Shown one piece after another: positions 27,546-40,637 of a stretch of 64,000 bases of DNA. Position 1 is the stretch's first letter. The number at the start of each line of letters is the position of its first letter. Origin of the DNA: Phoronis australis (Eukaryota; Animalia; Phoronida); the NCBI GenBank assembly GCA_002633005.1, contig NMRA01000213.1, forward strand, positions 550,996 to 614,995, given 5' to 3'. The position numbers and the translations under genes are program-made. The notes under the pieces are model-generated. The model saw only the letters and a list, made by a program, of their open reading frames with translations, made no database searches and had not been told where the DNA came from.

Positions 27546-30287
27546 GTGAGTTAAAAATGAAACGACTAATTTGATTGAAGGCGGACCGTTCTTCGGGCAT
27601 GGGCTCGGGAACAGTGGAACTCATGCAATTCACAATTGTCTCTCCTAGTTCACTGTTAAACCATACCCTAAAGAGGCAGTATCTTTGCTTCTCATTGAAA
27701 GATTTAGTTTTTTAAATACGTACTTCAATGTTTCAGGCAGTCTCTCCAAAAAGCATTATCTATTGGTGCAAGGGTCTCGGTATAGTTGTCATTAAATTTT
27801 ATCATAACTATACATTTAACAGTTGTGTTTTCCTCAGCTTCAAACATATTAGCCCATTTAGAATCAGATAAATAACATCCTCTTTATCCATATCCTTTTT
27901 AAAGCTTTGTTAATAGTTTTTTTCTCTCGCATGACCTGGAATGTGTTATGGCACGATTGGTTAGTAACACCGATTTTGCATGGGCGAATCTCAAAGTAGT
28001 GCAAAGTAGAAATCCATGCGCCTTACATGTAGTCTGCAAAACACTGTTTTCGCAAACCGAGGTGATTTACATGTATCACACATTTGTAATACCGCATCAT
28101 ACATGCCATTGTTGGCTGTGTGTTTGAGTAATTGACGCGAACAGAGAGAGGTTCCCGTCGCTTTATGCGCGAAACGTGTGGCCCCTTTTTAATTCTTTTT
28201 AGTAAGATATAGAATAAAATATATCAGGTTCGAAATCTTTTTTCTTTACTTCATTATGCAATTAACACGATTTCTTTTTTCTGTAAATGTTCTTTATTTA
28301 AGTTGCAAGAAAGTAAAGGTGGGCTTGTAATGGAGAAAAAAGGAGAGGAGGCTTGCTGTAGAACACAACAAGTAAAAATCTCATAGCAAATTTAACTGAA
28401 ATATTGACTACATTGAATTGATTGTTGTGTTATGAGAATGAAAATAAGAAAGTTGCACAGGCAGGATGGCTTTTTTGTTAACCATCGGATATTATGTACT
28501 ACGATAGTTGGACACCCTGAGTTCAGACTTCACGTTTATTTTCACGTTCACGTTAAAATTTGGCTGTTGCGAAATCTAATAATGGTTACTGTAACGTGAA
28601 TCGGAAGGCGCAAATAAGTATGCGTCATATTTCACGTTCACGTAGCTTTGTGAAACCAAATACCAACAACCAAACCCGCGCCAACCAGACAATGTCGGAA
28701 TTCCGTGAAGGTGACAAGGTTGTAGTGATTGACAAATCGAGTGTTGCAACTGTACGCACTCCAAGTCGGAAGGACATGCAAATAACTTTTTAAACGAACC
28801 ATTTACGGATTCCATATCAACGTTCATTCAATTGGAGACAAACCCCAACTCAAGAAACGCGACGAGACTGACTATCTGTGCTGTCTCAAGGTCAATTCAG
28901 TGCATGCGCGCGGGGAAGCCCTGTTGACCGTGTATTACAAATCCAAAGGCTAATTTTATTAGATTCTAAGTTGAACATTTGTTTTGAAAGCTGAACGCAA
29001 TTTACAGTTGTTAAGTTTAAAATAAAATTACTGACAAAAAGTGACTGAGTTTACTGTACTTTACATTGCGTAAGCGTGTTTTTACAGAAGTTGCGTCATG
29101 TGGTTGAATGTTTCAGACACGCTGAGTTTTTGTGAAAATCCCTCGGCAAGTCTCGGAATTTTCACGAAGTTTCCAATAGATTTTTCCCATGTAGTAAACC
29201 TGAGAGTCGAGTAGGATTCTCTATGTTTTTAGCATCTTAACTTCACCCTTCTTGTATTTTTCTGGTGAAAACACATCTTTTTATTCTCATGATTATTTTA
29301 ACCTTGTCATTCCAGACGAAGTTTAAAAAATATTCAAACCATCTAGTTTTTAGTCGAGAAGCTTGTGGAGAGATGTCAGTGCACGAATCATCTTTGGAAA
29401 ACTAATTGTTCGCAAAAATGTATTTGTTCTGAAAACTTTTAGTTTCCTTCTAGACCAGATATTCATCAAACGTCATATCCGAATTCAATCTTTTGTTCAA
29501 TGTTACGTTCTATCTTTTAGTTTAGATTTATATCAAAGAATATATTAGCCGTTAAAGCTTGTAACTCCTCGGTCCAATCTCCAAAGCCGTTAGTGAAATA
29601 CTTGCTTCTTAAAAATTGCGTTGCTGCAAACCCCTATGACAATGTTTTTGTTTTGTTTTTTTTGTTTTTTGTTTTTTTTTTAATTTGCCATTAGACCTCA
29701 CATTTCAACATGTTTAGAGCATATTCATTGTTGTTAGAAAATAACTTGGTTACACGTCCATATTTATTATGGTCAAGGCTGGTTGGCAGATATCAAGAAA
29801 CATGAATTATCTTATATCCGAAAAGGTATGGTCGTACTGTCTATTTATCAGTTTATACATGTAAGTCTCCTACCGTACATTCGGAAACGCTGCACGTCAA
29901 AGTGATCCTTGAAAATTAAGCGCATCTAATTTTTGATCCACGTCTAAACCGTTTTCTAAAACGCTCTTGCGACCACTTAAGCGACCCCACAAATTGCGGT
30001 GCGGAATCTTCCCGATTTTTCTCCATGTTTTTCAGTGTTGGCCGTTTACTTAAGAATCTGTGGTTTTTTAATATTTGAAGGAAGATTGGTGGCGTGTCTG
30101 TTTACAGTGTTACAGTGCCACTTAAGTTTTCCTTTTGTATTTATTTTTGTGTATTTTGAAGTTAATTTGGTCTTCATGATTAATTTACATTCTAGAAATG
30201 TATAGGGGTGAAAGGAACTGTGCGAGTAATGAATGCAAAGATGCAAGTTCTTAAAAGCCGACTAATGATGATTTTTTGCAATTTCAG

Positions 30288-30478
30288 TCGAACGAGCCCG
30301 GAGTTTGAATGATCTGTCCACCTCCTCATTCAGTGCTTCTTCGTACCATGTGTCCCTCGAATGTCGTTATCCTCCGTTGAATGGTACCGCTTGGTGCGCT
30401 GCCAACGCAACGAACTATGATGAATACATTCAAGTTGACCTCGGGGTCGACTGGGCGGTGACAGCTATTGGAACTATG
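30288..30478 (+). CDS. Exon: F5/8C domain 2, N-terminal exon
   Basis: atttcag|TC..ATG|gtaac. SFSASS..AWCA..EYIQVDLGVDWAVTAIGTM. Same length (191 nt) as 2685-2875. Confidence 0.92.
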
Positions 30479-31304
30479 GTAACCATTGTCGTTGGCAGGG
30501 TCGCAATATATTGCACCGTCCATGTCCGCAAGGCATTTCATTAATGATTTCCGCTGGTTCAATTCCGTCACGGAATTGCTACCAAAAATTGTCCGAGGCA
30601 CGAGTACACCTGTAGGTGAACGGTTTAGCGAAAATTCGACTATGCAGTACGTTTCCACCAGAAGAATATCAAAAAGTCTGCACCATTTGCATTTTCTGTT
30701 CCATGAAAGTAGGGGAATTTTCAAAAATGCAGCTTTATTGCGAGAATTAGGAAAGTGGGAAAGTGCTTTACGCAAACTCTGTGATGTCTTTTTTGAGATG
30801 TCCTTGTTTCTTACAGTGGTCTCATATTTTGAGAATCAGTTTGATCCCTGATATTCTCAAGAGAAAATGGTTCTTAGAACGTGGGGCCCCTTTTCCTGAC
30901 TGTTGCCCGCCTTACACAATTTTCACCGCCTCCCTATTTTGGATTACCCACTAAATTTTGATCGACATTGCCTTATGACGAAATGCAGTAGCTGAATTGC
31001 CGCCAAAGTATTTTAACTCTTGTAATTCGATGTTTCCGAGTTGAAGCGCAGAAGCAACCAAGTTTCACCGAAAAAACACAGTGACCTATTCAAAAATCAT
31101 AGTCTGGTTGGATTCAGTTGTCGTTTCACTAAAATTACATAGTTAGGACTTTTTTAAATTCCTCAAACACACGTACATTTTATGGAAAAATAACAGCCAA
31201 AGCTTTTATGATTTATTCCCAATTTGCACCGGATTGACGAAAATATACACGTAGGAATATGAATATCATTGGAAATACATTAACGTAAAACCACGTGATT
31301 CTAG

Positions 31305-31430
31305 GCACGTAACTTGGTCAACGGAGTAGATGTAGAGGCTCAGTTTGTGACATCATACGAAGCATCTACGTCTTTGGACGGCGTGAATTTCGTGTGCGTG
31401 CACGAAGAGGACTTCAATGGTTGTAGAGAG
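31305..31430 (+). CDS. Exon: F5/8C domain 2, middle exon
   Basis: ttctag|GCA..GAG|gtaaa, 126 nt. ARNLVNGVDVEAQFVTSYEASTSLDGVNFVCVHEEDFNGCRE. Confidence 0.88.
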
Positions 31431-32362
31431 GTAAAATACAGCTATGAGCAATGACTGCTATATGCTATTACATTTGAAATCTAGTAAAATGCAGTCACGG
31501 TGTTGAATTCTTCGGGTTATTGATCAGTAAAACGCAATGACAATTACGGGGAATTTTTGTGGGTGAAGCATACGTGGAAACAAACTTTGTTCAGGTATCC
31601 CTTGACTCACGAAGCAAAACTTACTATCAGCAATGTTTTCGTATAAGGACATCAAAATGAACTCCTAATGCACCAAGATGCATTAAATATCCGCCGAACT
31701 ATACGCAGATGATCCCAAACCCGTCGGGAGAAGATTATGCTGCTTTCGACCTACAATATTCTTTACATATCGGCCAACGGATTATGCTGAAATATTGTCT
31801 TCAATTCGGTAGCCTGTTTGAACTTTACCGATGTTGTGTTATTGTTCACGAAGCCTTAAATGGATGGCTCTCGCAAAATGGCAGGAACAAAATCTTCGGG
31901 AAACCCAGGGACTATTAACTGGTCAAGCTATGTCGGCCAATTTCAAAAAACTATTATCCATCGTTTGAATTATATGTGAGCAGTTAACAACTATGATTGT
32001 TTCTTTTCGGCTATTGGTGAAAGTAAGTTCAGTTGAGTAAATTCAAGGTGAGTTAATCGCAATTTCGTCAAATTGGTGCTCTCAGACATGTCTAACGATT
32101 AGGTGTGGTGACTACTGAGGGCGCTTCATCACGAAAATGCGTATGGTGAAGGTACATTCAAAGGACGCACAAAAATGGAGTATAAAACAGGTTATCACAT
32201 TTACTGGAATATGAGCCCACGACCATACATGTATATTTGGGGACGTTGCATCTCTTAAAAATATTATCAGGAACTAGACGAATTTATAAGTTTTTATTTC
32301 GAATTCTACGTGTTTGCCAGAAAAAGGCACACGCAAACACGAATTTAAAAAACGGACCTATT

Positions 32363-32402
32363 AATCCGACGTTTCGTCTATTCATTAGACGTCATTAGTA
32401 TA
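32363..32402 (-). ncRNA. Degenerate minimal hammerhead ribozyme motif
   Basis: Reverse complement reads CTAATGA-c-gtcta-atgaa-tagac-GAAA-CG-TC-ggat. One core change (CTGATGA to CTAATGA); stem II intact. Confidence 0.45.
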
Positions 32403-33733
32403 CAAACAATCAGACGTCAGGTGTCGACATACGAGTCAGGTAAGATCCATGACGTAACTTGGAGTATTGACAGATTGAGAGGCGAAAGTCTAACATCGAC
32501 ACAAAGCAATAAAAATGGCAACTATTGGACGCAGGATACATCGGATGAAACCGCCATTTCCTTCACGGAAACCTGTGCACCAAATTTTATGAAAATCCAT
32601 CAATGAACTTTGGTAAATACAGTCGTGCGTAAAGTAGTCCTACCCGTCCGAAAATCGTCAGGGATGCTCATCGCGACCGGACCTCTGGAGAATTCCGTAA
32701 CAATCTTTCAAGCGGTTTTGCTGTTAGAGAAGCGAAAGTCACACAAACTTATAATTAATGAAAATGGCCACGGTGAGACACAGATTACGTAAAATCCGTT
32801 TGAAAATGGGAACATCCGAAGGCATCATCGCTTCCATAACAGAAACCTATTTCATTAGAATTCTTCGCTCATGCTAAGAGACCGTAGATTCCCTCATTGC
32901 CGAATAGTAGCGGCAAAGTTGCTACTCTACGTCAGAGGGTCTCAATTTTATTCTCAATTCCTTGCCTTTCATTGGCGAAACTTTGTGTGACTTCGATAAA
33001 TTTTGTCGGAAAAGCGCTCTAGAGAATGCACCTAAGGGTGAAGAAAACCCTTAAACTGTAACGATGGCCGGCGTACATGTGAAGTGTAATTGTTTTATGT
33101 TCAATTTTCGTACATGTATTTACGTAACTTCAAAGATGTGCATGAGCGCTAGCATAGAAGACACGACCAAGACCAAATGTTCAATATAATGCTAATTATT
33201 TGATTATGCACTTAGCATTAAAGTCTTCAAAATTGGGTCCTGTGCACTTCCTATAAATTTTTGCACGTAGACAGGACTCATGTACATTGAGAATTACATG
33301 CACGCACAAACACTGCCTAATTTGAAAATTGGCGCAGGGGCACAAACCTTGCTAGGCCTAAGGTCCTGCCTTGTAGAACTGCACTGCCCTGATTTAAGTC
33401 ACCAGGTCAAAAGTGAAAGATATCCACACGTATTGGTCTCTGAACCCACAGGGCTATTATACTCTCGGTTTCAGCGCCACCTACATGTAAATGTGGCACT
33501 GTGATATGATGATGATGAACGACACACGTACTTCTGCTGTAAATACCGACATATGAGATCTGACATGCCACATTTTGAATACATAATTAACATTTATCAC
33601 GCTGATAGGATAATCAATGTCTTAGAAACACCGCATAAGTCTGTGACATTTTTCTTAGAAAGACAGTTAATAACTGCTTCACATCATGAACACTTTGGAT
33701 AACCGTTCTCTGTTTTACAAAGTTCGTGTGTAG

Positions 33734-33872
33734 TTCCAGGGAAATACCAACGATCGAGATTTGGTAATTCAAAGACTCTACTTTCCAAAAGTAGCTAAGC
33801 ACGTGAGGATTCGACCCCTCACGTACCGTGGATGGAAGTCCTTGCGGTTTGAAATATATGGATTCCCCTACG
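33734..33872 (+). CDS. Exon: F5/8C domain 2, C-terminal exon (GC donor)
   Basis: FQGNTNDRDLVIQRLYFPKVAKHVRIRPLTYRGWKSLRFEIYGFPY. Same 139 nt as 13603-13741; donor is G|gcaagt. Confidence 0.9.
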
Positions 33873-34072
33873 GCAAGTATTTCTTTTTAAAGTTAGGACG
33901 ACTTGTTCTCGATAAATGTGTACCTCGATAATAATATAGTCAACAAGAACAATTGCACTCAACATTGCGAATGTACCTGGTACGATTGATTTTCTGATAT
34001 AACTGAATGGACAATTATTTCTATCACGTTTACTATGCTGCCGAATAATACATTTTATGATTTATTCGGCAG

Positions 34073-34249
34073 AGGGTGAAGCCTTGTTTTCCCCTCATAT
34101 TTATGGGGGATGGTCACAGTGGACCAGCTGGTCGTCCTGCACGGTCAATTCCACTAACAGACATAGAACAAGAAATTGCAGCGAGCCACTTCCCCACAAA
34201 GGACGCTTCTGTCTCGGAAAATTCCGTGAAGAAACGGAATGCCCTCCAG
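34073..34249 (+). CDS. Exon: TSP1 repeat (paralog of 15430-15597)
   Basis: cggcag|AG..CCAG|gtgag. YGGWSQWTSWSSC..RHRTRNCSEPLPHKGRFCLG. Confidence 0.88.
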
Positions 34250-35046
34250 GTGAGAAGAGCTTTACTCCTTCGGATTGCCCAAACCTTGTGAATTCAAGAG
34301 AGAAGGGCAAACCTGTGTAACATCAAAACTGATTTGGAGCATTTGGTATACGCAACATGCAGATTTGTAGAAAATCTGCACCGGCAACCCGCTTTTGATT
34401 GAGACCATTGAACATAACGAAACTGGTCTTACTGCTCCTTATTCAAACTGGATGTGATTTCATAGTTCGATATCTTTTGAAACTTGTGGGCGGGGTCTTA
34501 TCTTTGTAGTCGGAGTCGAACTTGAAATTACTATTTCATGGCCGGCGCACCCCCCCCCCCCCACACACACACATTTTTCAGTGCTGCGCTGCCCATGTAT
34601 TGGTAAGTTCTGTGTTTTACTTGGTGCGAACTCAAAAGAACGCGCTATTGGTTTGGGGTTAGATCACATCAGTGTTCATGCGCATGGTTTCGAGTAACAA
34701 CTCGAAATTTCGATTTCAGACTGGGAATTTTACCCTTAATGCTGGCGTCACCAAGTGCAAAGCCAATACATACTCGAGCATAGAATAATACACTTACAGT
34801 ATGTTGAGCTCATGCAATTCCGATTTCGTCTAAGATGATTAGACCCCGAGGTTCGATAAATTTAGTCGTCAGGGCGTGTCCGAATATGCGCCGATCATTG
34901 TCTCAAGAAATGGCGAAGTGTCGGATCTTCTCAATCCCAGCAATCGCTGCTCCCCTCAGAAACGAACACGTTCAGATGAATTTATAGCTGTAAGTGTTCA
35001 GAAATTTATTTCAAATTCAGTGATGTTTAAAAATTAATTCGAACTG

Positions 35047-36348
35047 CAGATCAAGTTTGACTCTAATACTGGAATAAAAGCTTATAAAAATTAGCGACGT
35101 TGCGTCCGAATCTTACGTACATGTACTTCAGTTTGGCTTGTAACGTTATTCTTTCCAATTGGTGGCGTTTTGACCAGACGGCGGGGCATTTACGTCAGAA
35201 CACCATCCCATACGTGTGACAAATCGAATCTTAAACTGACTCTCAATGCGCTCATGGAGAGCTTCCTTTACACCCCTTCTGAACCAGTCTTCTTCAAAGT
35301 CTAGGATAGTGACATCATCAGTATTGAAATAGTACGGCTCACAGGTGGCTAAAAATAGCCGAATAATAGGTGTCCCCGTTACTAGGACGACAATGTTGTG
35401 ACGTACGCATTTTTATGGACTGTTTCGTTTCACCAATAGCACTGAAGATCATTTGACACAAAGGTTTACCGCAAGAATACTCACACTGATCACTATCTGC
35501 AATCTGACTCGAACCATCCTCTCATCCACAAGCTGGGCGTGATTCGCACTTTGAACCACAGAGCTAACACTATCATTTGTGAATCATCGAGCATAAGTTT
35601 CTGAGGAACTGAATTACACTAAAGACGCTCTCGGAAAATGCGGTTATCCACGTTGGTCGTTTACTAAAGCGGAAACATCAGAGAGGAGAAAACACTCAGA
35701 CAACCACTGATGTGAGTTCTCGTACTCGTGTGGTGATTTCCCTAAGTCCAGGGTCTTTCTGACCGCCTCAAGAGGACAATTAAACAAACAGTTTGACATT
35801 TCTATCATCCACAAACTGTTTAATTCTCTCCGCAGCCAACTGGTTAATGTCAAGGACAAGACCCCCAAGGGTAATAAATCATGTGTTGTCTATGGTGTCC
35901 AGTTTAAGGATCCCCAGTGCTCAGACAGTTACATTGGTGAAACGAAGCAGTCCATACAAATGCGTATGTCACAACATCGTCGTCCTAGATACGGGGACAC
36001 CTATGATTTGGCTATTGTTAGCCACCTGTGCGCCTGTGGACATGATTTCAATGCTGATGATGCCACTATCCTAGACTTTGAAGAAGACTGGTTCAGAAGG
36101 GTTGTAAAGGAAGCTCTCCATGAGCTCATTGTGAGTTCCTATTTAAATAAAAGAGGCGGTTTAAGATTCGATTTATCACACATATGGGATGATGTTCTCA
36201 CGTCAATGCCGCGCCGTCTGGTTAAAACGCCACCAATTGGCCAGAATAACGATAACGTTACAAGCCAAGCTGAAGTCCGTGAGATGCGGACGCAACGTCG
36301 CTAATTTTTGCAAGTTTTTATTCCAGTGTTAGACTCAAACTTGATCTG
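35047..36348 (+). mobile_element. Penelope-like retroelement remnant with an inverted copy of its 3' end
   Basis: Body encodes the RT C-terminus (VYRKNTHTDHYL..SNHP) and GIY-YIG (VVYGV..CSDSYIGET..R..EA..LNKRGG). 35047-35437 is a diverged reverse complement of ~35933-36348. Confidence 0.88.
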
Positions 36349-36910
36349 TTTTCTCAACTGGATGTTTCCAAATTTCCATAGTTGTAATTGGAACTGCGTT
36401 GATTGAGCATTATTTAGACTTATGTTTCGACTGAACTAACTTGCCTTAGAATCCATTTCGTGAAGTTTTTAACTAAAATGAAGCGTAAAGTATATCTTCC
36501 AGCTGGTGTACATGTACATGTACATGTACATGTATGGGTTGGTTTTCTGTGGATCCCAAAAACTGCAATTAAACTGTGCTATAAAGTATTTTTAGTCCAC
36601 CGATTTGAGATACGGGTACTGATTTAGATAAATATGTACTGGTCAGAGGAGATTTGGAATCGTTATTATTGAAAGTATGTTGTCATTAACAACCCTAATA
36701 GTAACTTTCAATTCACCTAGAGGATCCTTCATGGAATGTTTTGTACTCAATAAATGTAATGCACAGTGTTCAAAAGCTAACAGGGGTAAAGTTCCCTAAA
36801 GACTAAGGCTTTCATCTGCGTAAACGACCTCGATGCATATACTGTTATTTGTCTGAATATGACTGAGATTCAATAGTTGTACATGTACCATTTACATCAT
36901 GTTTTTATGC

Positions 36911-37124
36911 AGCGACTGCTCGCCATGCTCGCTTTGGAGTGGCGGCGGTATCCGGAGACGCACACGGAACTGCACGAATCTTCTGTCAACCACTTTCTTC
37001 CTAGCAAATATCTTCAACAATTCAGAAACAGTCGATTGCAATAATTCCTTGTACCCCGTAAATGGCAGATGGTCAGAGTGGCACATTTTTGTTCAGTGCT
37101 CCACGTCGTGTGGCGATGGAATAA
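36911..37124 (+). pseudogene. Decayed TSP1 multi-repeat exon (paralog of 16273-16785)
   Basis: Retains GGGIRRRTRNCTN and PVNGRWSEW..CSTSCGDG. Conserved Cys/Trp are lost, the nearest acceptor is out of phase, and the frame runs into (GATT)n and a stop. Confidence 0.7.
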
Positions 37125-37125
37125 T

Positions 37126-37179
37126 TGATTGATTGATTGACTAGCTGATTGATTAATTGATGGCTCGATTGATTGATTG

Positions 37180-37259
<80 letters not shown>

Positions 37260-37283
37260 GTTGATTGATTGATTGATTGATTG
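37126..37283. repeat. (GATT)n microsatellite
   Basis: Imperfect tetranucleotide run of about 160 bp. Confidence 0.97.
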
Positions 37284-39569
37284 GTATAGGACTGCATTGA
37301 ATTAGTTAGTTGACACGGAAGTTTATTTTATTTCAGCTAAACGTAATCGTGTAGTAACTTAATTTTACAAGTCTCTTTACTCTACTGGTCGTTTCTTTTC
37401 TTGTTTGTTTGTATTTAAATCTTGTATGTGAGCGAGAACACCAGCGCCCGTAGAACACCCGCACTGAGACAACCAAACCACAAAGTTCACTCAGCATTGA
37501 AATTTTTCTCAGTAAAGTTTGGTAATTATGGGCTCTGGTTTCCAAAAACAATTTTAATTTCGTCTTCTTCTGACTCTACAAATTTTTTAATGTTCTTTCA
37601 ACGTGGACTGTGTGTGGGAGAAGAATGAAAGCTTTCAGATTTGAGGTGTAACCGTGTCATCACACTACCACACACAAGGACTTAGGTAATACACCTGCAT
37701 AATGAAGTAACAATTCGGAGTAAGGCTAGAGTCTGCTACGTACTTAGAGCCAGTCTGTTATTGGGCACGTCGTGGACGATGGTACCGAGTATTTCTCTCG
37801 AGACTACATGAAGGCAAACGGTAAACCTACGTATTGACGCAGTCAGGGATGGAAATCAGGTAAAACTGGAAATTATATTTGAACTGGTCAGACAATTCGA
37901 AGCCGGCTGCCAGGGCCTGCTGACATTAGCATGAATTGAAAAATTTAATGCCTACATAAACCCGCAATCTGTTCAAGCTTTCATGCGTTTCGTTTTATCA
38001 AAAAGTCGATCAAGATGCTGAGTTTCGACATAGGGTTTTTTGCGAAGGACTGGCATTTGGCTGGATCAATTGGCAAAAGTCATTACCTCTGCGACAGTGG
38101 GATGGCGCACTGCAAAGTGAGGGGCACCAGCGAAGACTACGTATGAGTACTGCAAACGAAACTTAGCAATACCTACCCCGAATCATTTTATTGACTAGCT
38201 TTGTATCGGGTACTAATTGGTGCGCAGTGGTGCATGTATTTTTGCTTTTAGACGTGCGTTTTAATTATGATAGTGACAATTGAGCCTGTGGTGTAAAGTT
38301 TACAGTGTACAAGTATCACTTATTTTCAGGTTAGCAATACTACTCAAGCAAACTTTGGCAGGTATGGGAAATTCGCATCCTTCTATCATGGACAACGACA
38401 TTGATGTTGATAGTTTGACGTCGATGTTTGGATTCTGAACTTCTTTGGAGACATATTATATTTATCGATTTAACCTAGATGTATGGCGATGCAGTACACA
38501 CCTAGCGTATTTTTGTGCAAATTTTCTTGAATCTCCATTTGAAACACAAACTGACTAAATTAGCCTATCTGCACAGTTTTTTTCATATTTTTAGAGAGAT
38601 GTGACACAAGAAAACGTTACACTGGGCACTGAAACTGTGCAGACAACTGATGTTTCCTCATATCTTTACGATCCGGACAACGTAAATCGTTTGAACGTTT
38701 GCACAGTTTGCTCGTAAAATTATTTAAGTTCTGTTCATATCAAACCATGTTTTTAGTTTCATATTTCATAAAAAGAAGATAAAATTACGAAACCAACGCT
38801 TGGGAACGCGGATGAAAACGTGTTTGTCTCTGGTCCGGCAAATAAAACGAGCCGAGAACGTTTGAGCACAAAGAAAGGAAAGCCAAACTCGACGGTGACT
38901 TTTGGGACAGTCGATTTGGAAAACTAAATACGTGAAAGGTTTGTATATTTCCATCCGGAATTTTTGGGATATATTGCTGCGCAATACTGTACCTGAGCAT
39001 ATTCATTTGCAGACGACATGACTCGACCGCAGTTGTTAACAGGTGGAGCGCAAAACGCCAGTAGGCAATAGTGTCCGCTACAGGAAAAGTCCCCAGTAAT
39101 CTAGGGGTATACAAACTACGTGTAACGAGTAGTAAAGGTTCTACGTTTTAACGATGACGCAAAAACATTTGTTTATTTTGCCATTTGTATATCGGTTCAA
39201 ATCACACCATAACTTTTGATAACTACAAAATATTACATATGGAACCTACATTGTAGAGCTCCAAAGCTGGAAATTGAACAATGCCAACATGGCTTTGTGC
39301 CGAATGCTACACAGCAGCGGTTGCGTGAATTTAAATCTACCACATAACTGGTTTTTCAAGCTCCAGTAAATGACATTACGTGACAAGTGAATTTCTAAAC
39401 ACCGTATCAGTTACTAGCAAATATTAATCATTTCCAAACCCACAATTCGCATCCATCTTCTCAAGAAATGATTTGAAATCAATTCCATATCAACGGCGCG
39501 TAGCCCAAATGAAAAACAAAATGGTTGTCCTGATGCAAAGTGGGCCTCTATCGCTTTAAATTCCGATAG

Positions 39570-39629
39570 CCCATGGATCATTGACTAGAGTAGACACAAG
39601 CGATGCGATGAATATTTTCAGTAATCCAG
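39570..39629 (+). CDS. Candidate short linker exon
   Basis: ttccgatag|CC..CCAG|gtgagt, 60 nt, phase 1-1, open frame. Position analogous to linker 18057-18137; no domain similarity. Confidence 0.35.
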
Positions 39630-39641
39630 GTGAGTAATCAT

Positions 39642-40300
39642 ATGTAGAAAAATAAATCAATTACTAGACTTACAGTTTATTGAGATGGCTACATTGTACG
39701 TTACGTCCTCCTCTCGAGGACTTCATCAGGTCACTGAGGTGTCACGTGACTCGTCATGTGATCTACAGCACAGTTTGCGCGGTATACTCCTTAGTGCTCT
39801 AGCCTACGTCCTTGGCAACAGAAACCTCAGGCCCCCCTGTCTGTTTAGGCTAGGATTGTGAACTCTTTCGGAACCATGGTGTGAGGAAGAATACATGTAC
39901 ATTGGGGAAACCAAACAAGCCCTGAAAAGTAGTATCAACCAACATCGTAGACTCAGTTATGAGGTCTGCTATGATTCTGCATATTGTAGTCATACAGCCG
40001 CCACAGACCACTTTTATCCCTGGATAATGTCACGATTCTGGATGGAGAGGAAAATTGGTTCAGGAGAGGTGTCAAGGGAGCAATGAGTTGAGAATCTTAG
40101 CCTAAACAGACAGGGGGTCTGAGGTTTCTGTTGCCAAAGACGTGGGATAGGGCACTGAGGAGTATCCCGCGCAAACTGTGCTGTGGATCACATGACGAGT
40201 CAGGTGACAACTCAGTGGCCTGATGAAAACCACGAGAGGGGGACGTAACGTAGCCATCTCAATAAACCGTAAGTCCAGTAATTGGTTTATTTTTCTACAT
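39642..40300 (+). mobile_element. Palindromic Penelope-like remnant (GIY-YIG C-terminus plus 3' end, with inverted copy)
   Basis: 39642-39866 is a diverged reverse complement of ~40085-40300. The centre encodes YIGETKQALKSSINQHRR.. Confidence 0.85.
40216..40256 (+). ncRNA. Variant minimal hammerhead motif (inverted copy at ~39686-39735)
   Basis: tggc-CTGATGA-stem II-GTAA-CG-TA-gcca. GAAA is replaced by GTAA in both arms. Confidence 0.5.
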
Positions 40301-40637
40301 CAGACACACACCTTTGAAGCAGGTAACCAGAAGATAAAGAGATAAGAAGATAAGTGTGGACAAAACCCTCAGTCCCTGCAAGATGACAGCAGTGTAAAAA
40401 GACATTCGGGTTAATGTCCACGCTGAGGCCTCCAAACTGCAAAATTAGACTTGAATATAACTACAATGTGGTAATCACAGAGTGAATCGTGGAAACAGAA
40501 TTAGATCTGAACCACGTGGTCAGTCTGTCATGTACTGCAAAGCGAGGAATCCGACAATTATAAATCGGCGCTAGCTTCCCAAGCTAAAACCTTTGACCAA
40601 ACGGCGGCAGTTAGGCTTGATAACACCTTGTCATGCC

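Noticed and set aside
2685-34249. Assigning SCO-spondin, hemicentin or coadhesin as gene name
   Set aside because: No VWD, LDLa, Ig or VWA exons seen, and the PAN/CTL content does not fit those architectures.
37073-37297. NQSI-repeat ORF
   Set aside because: Reverse-strand translation of (GATT)n.
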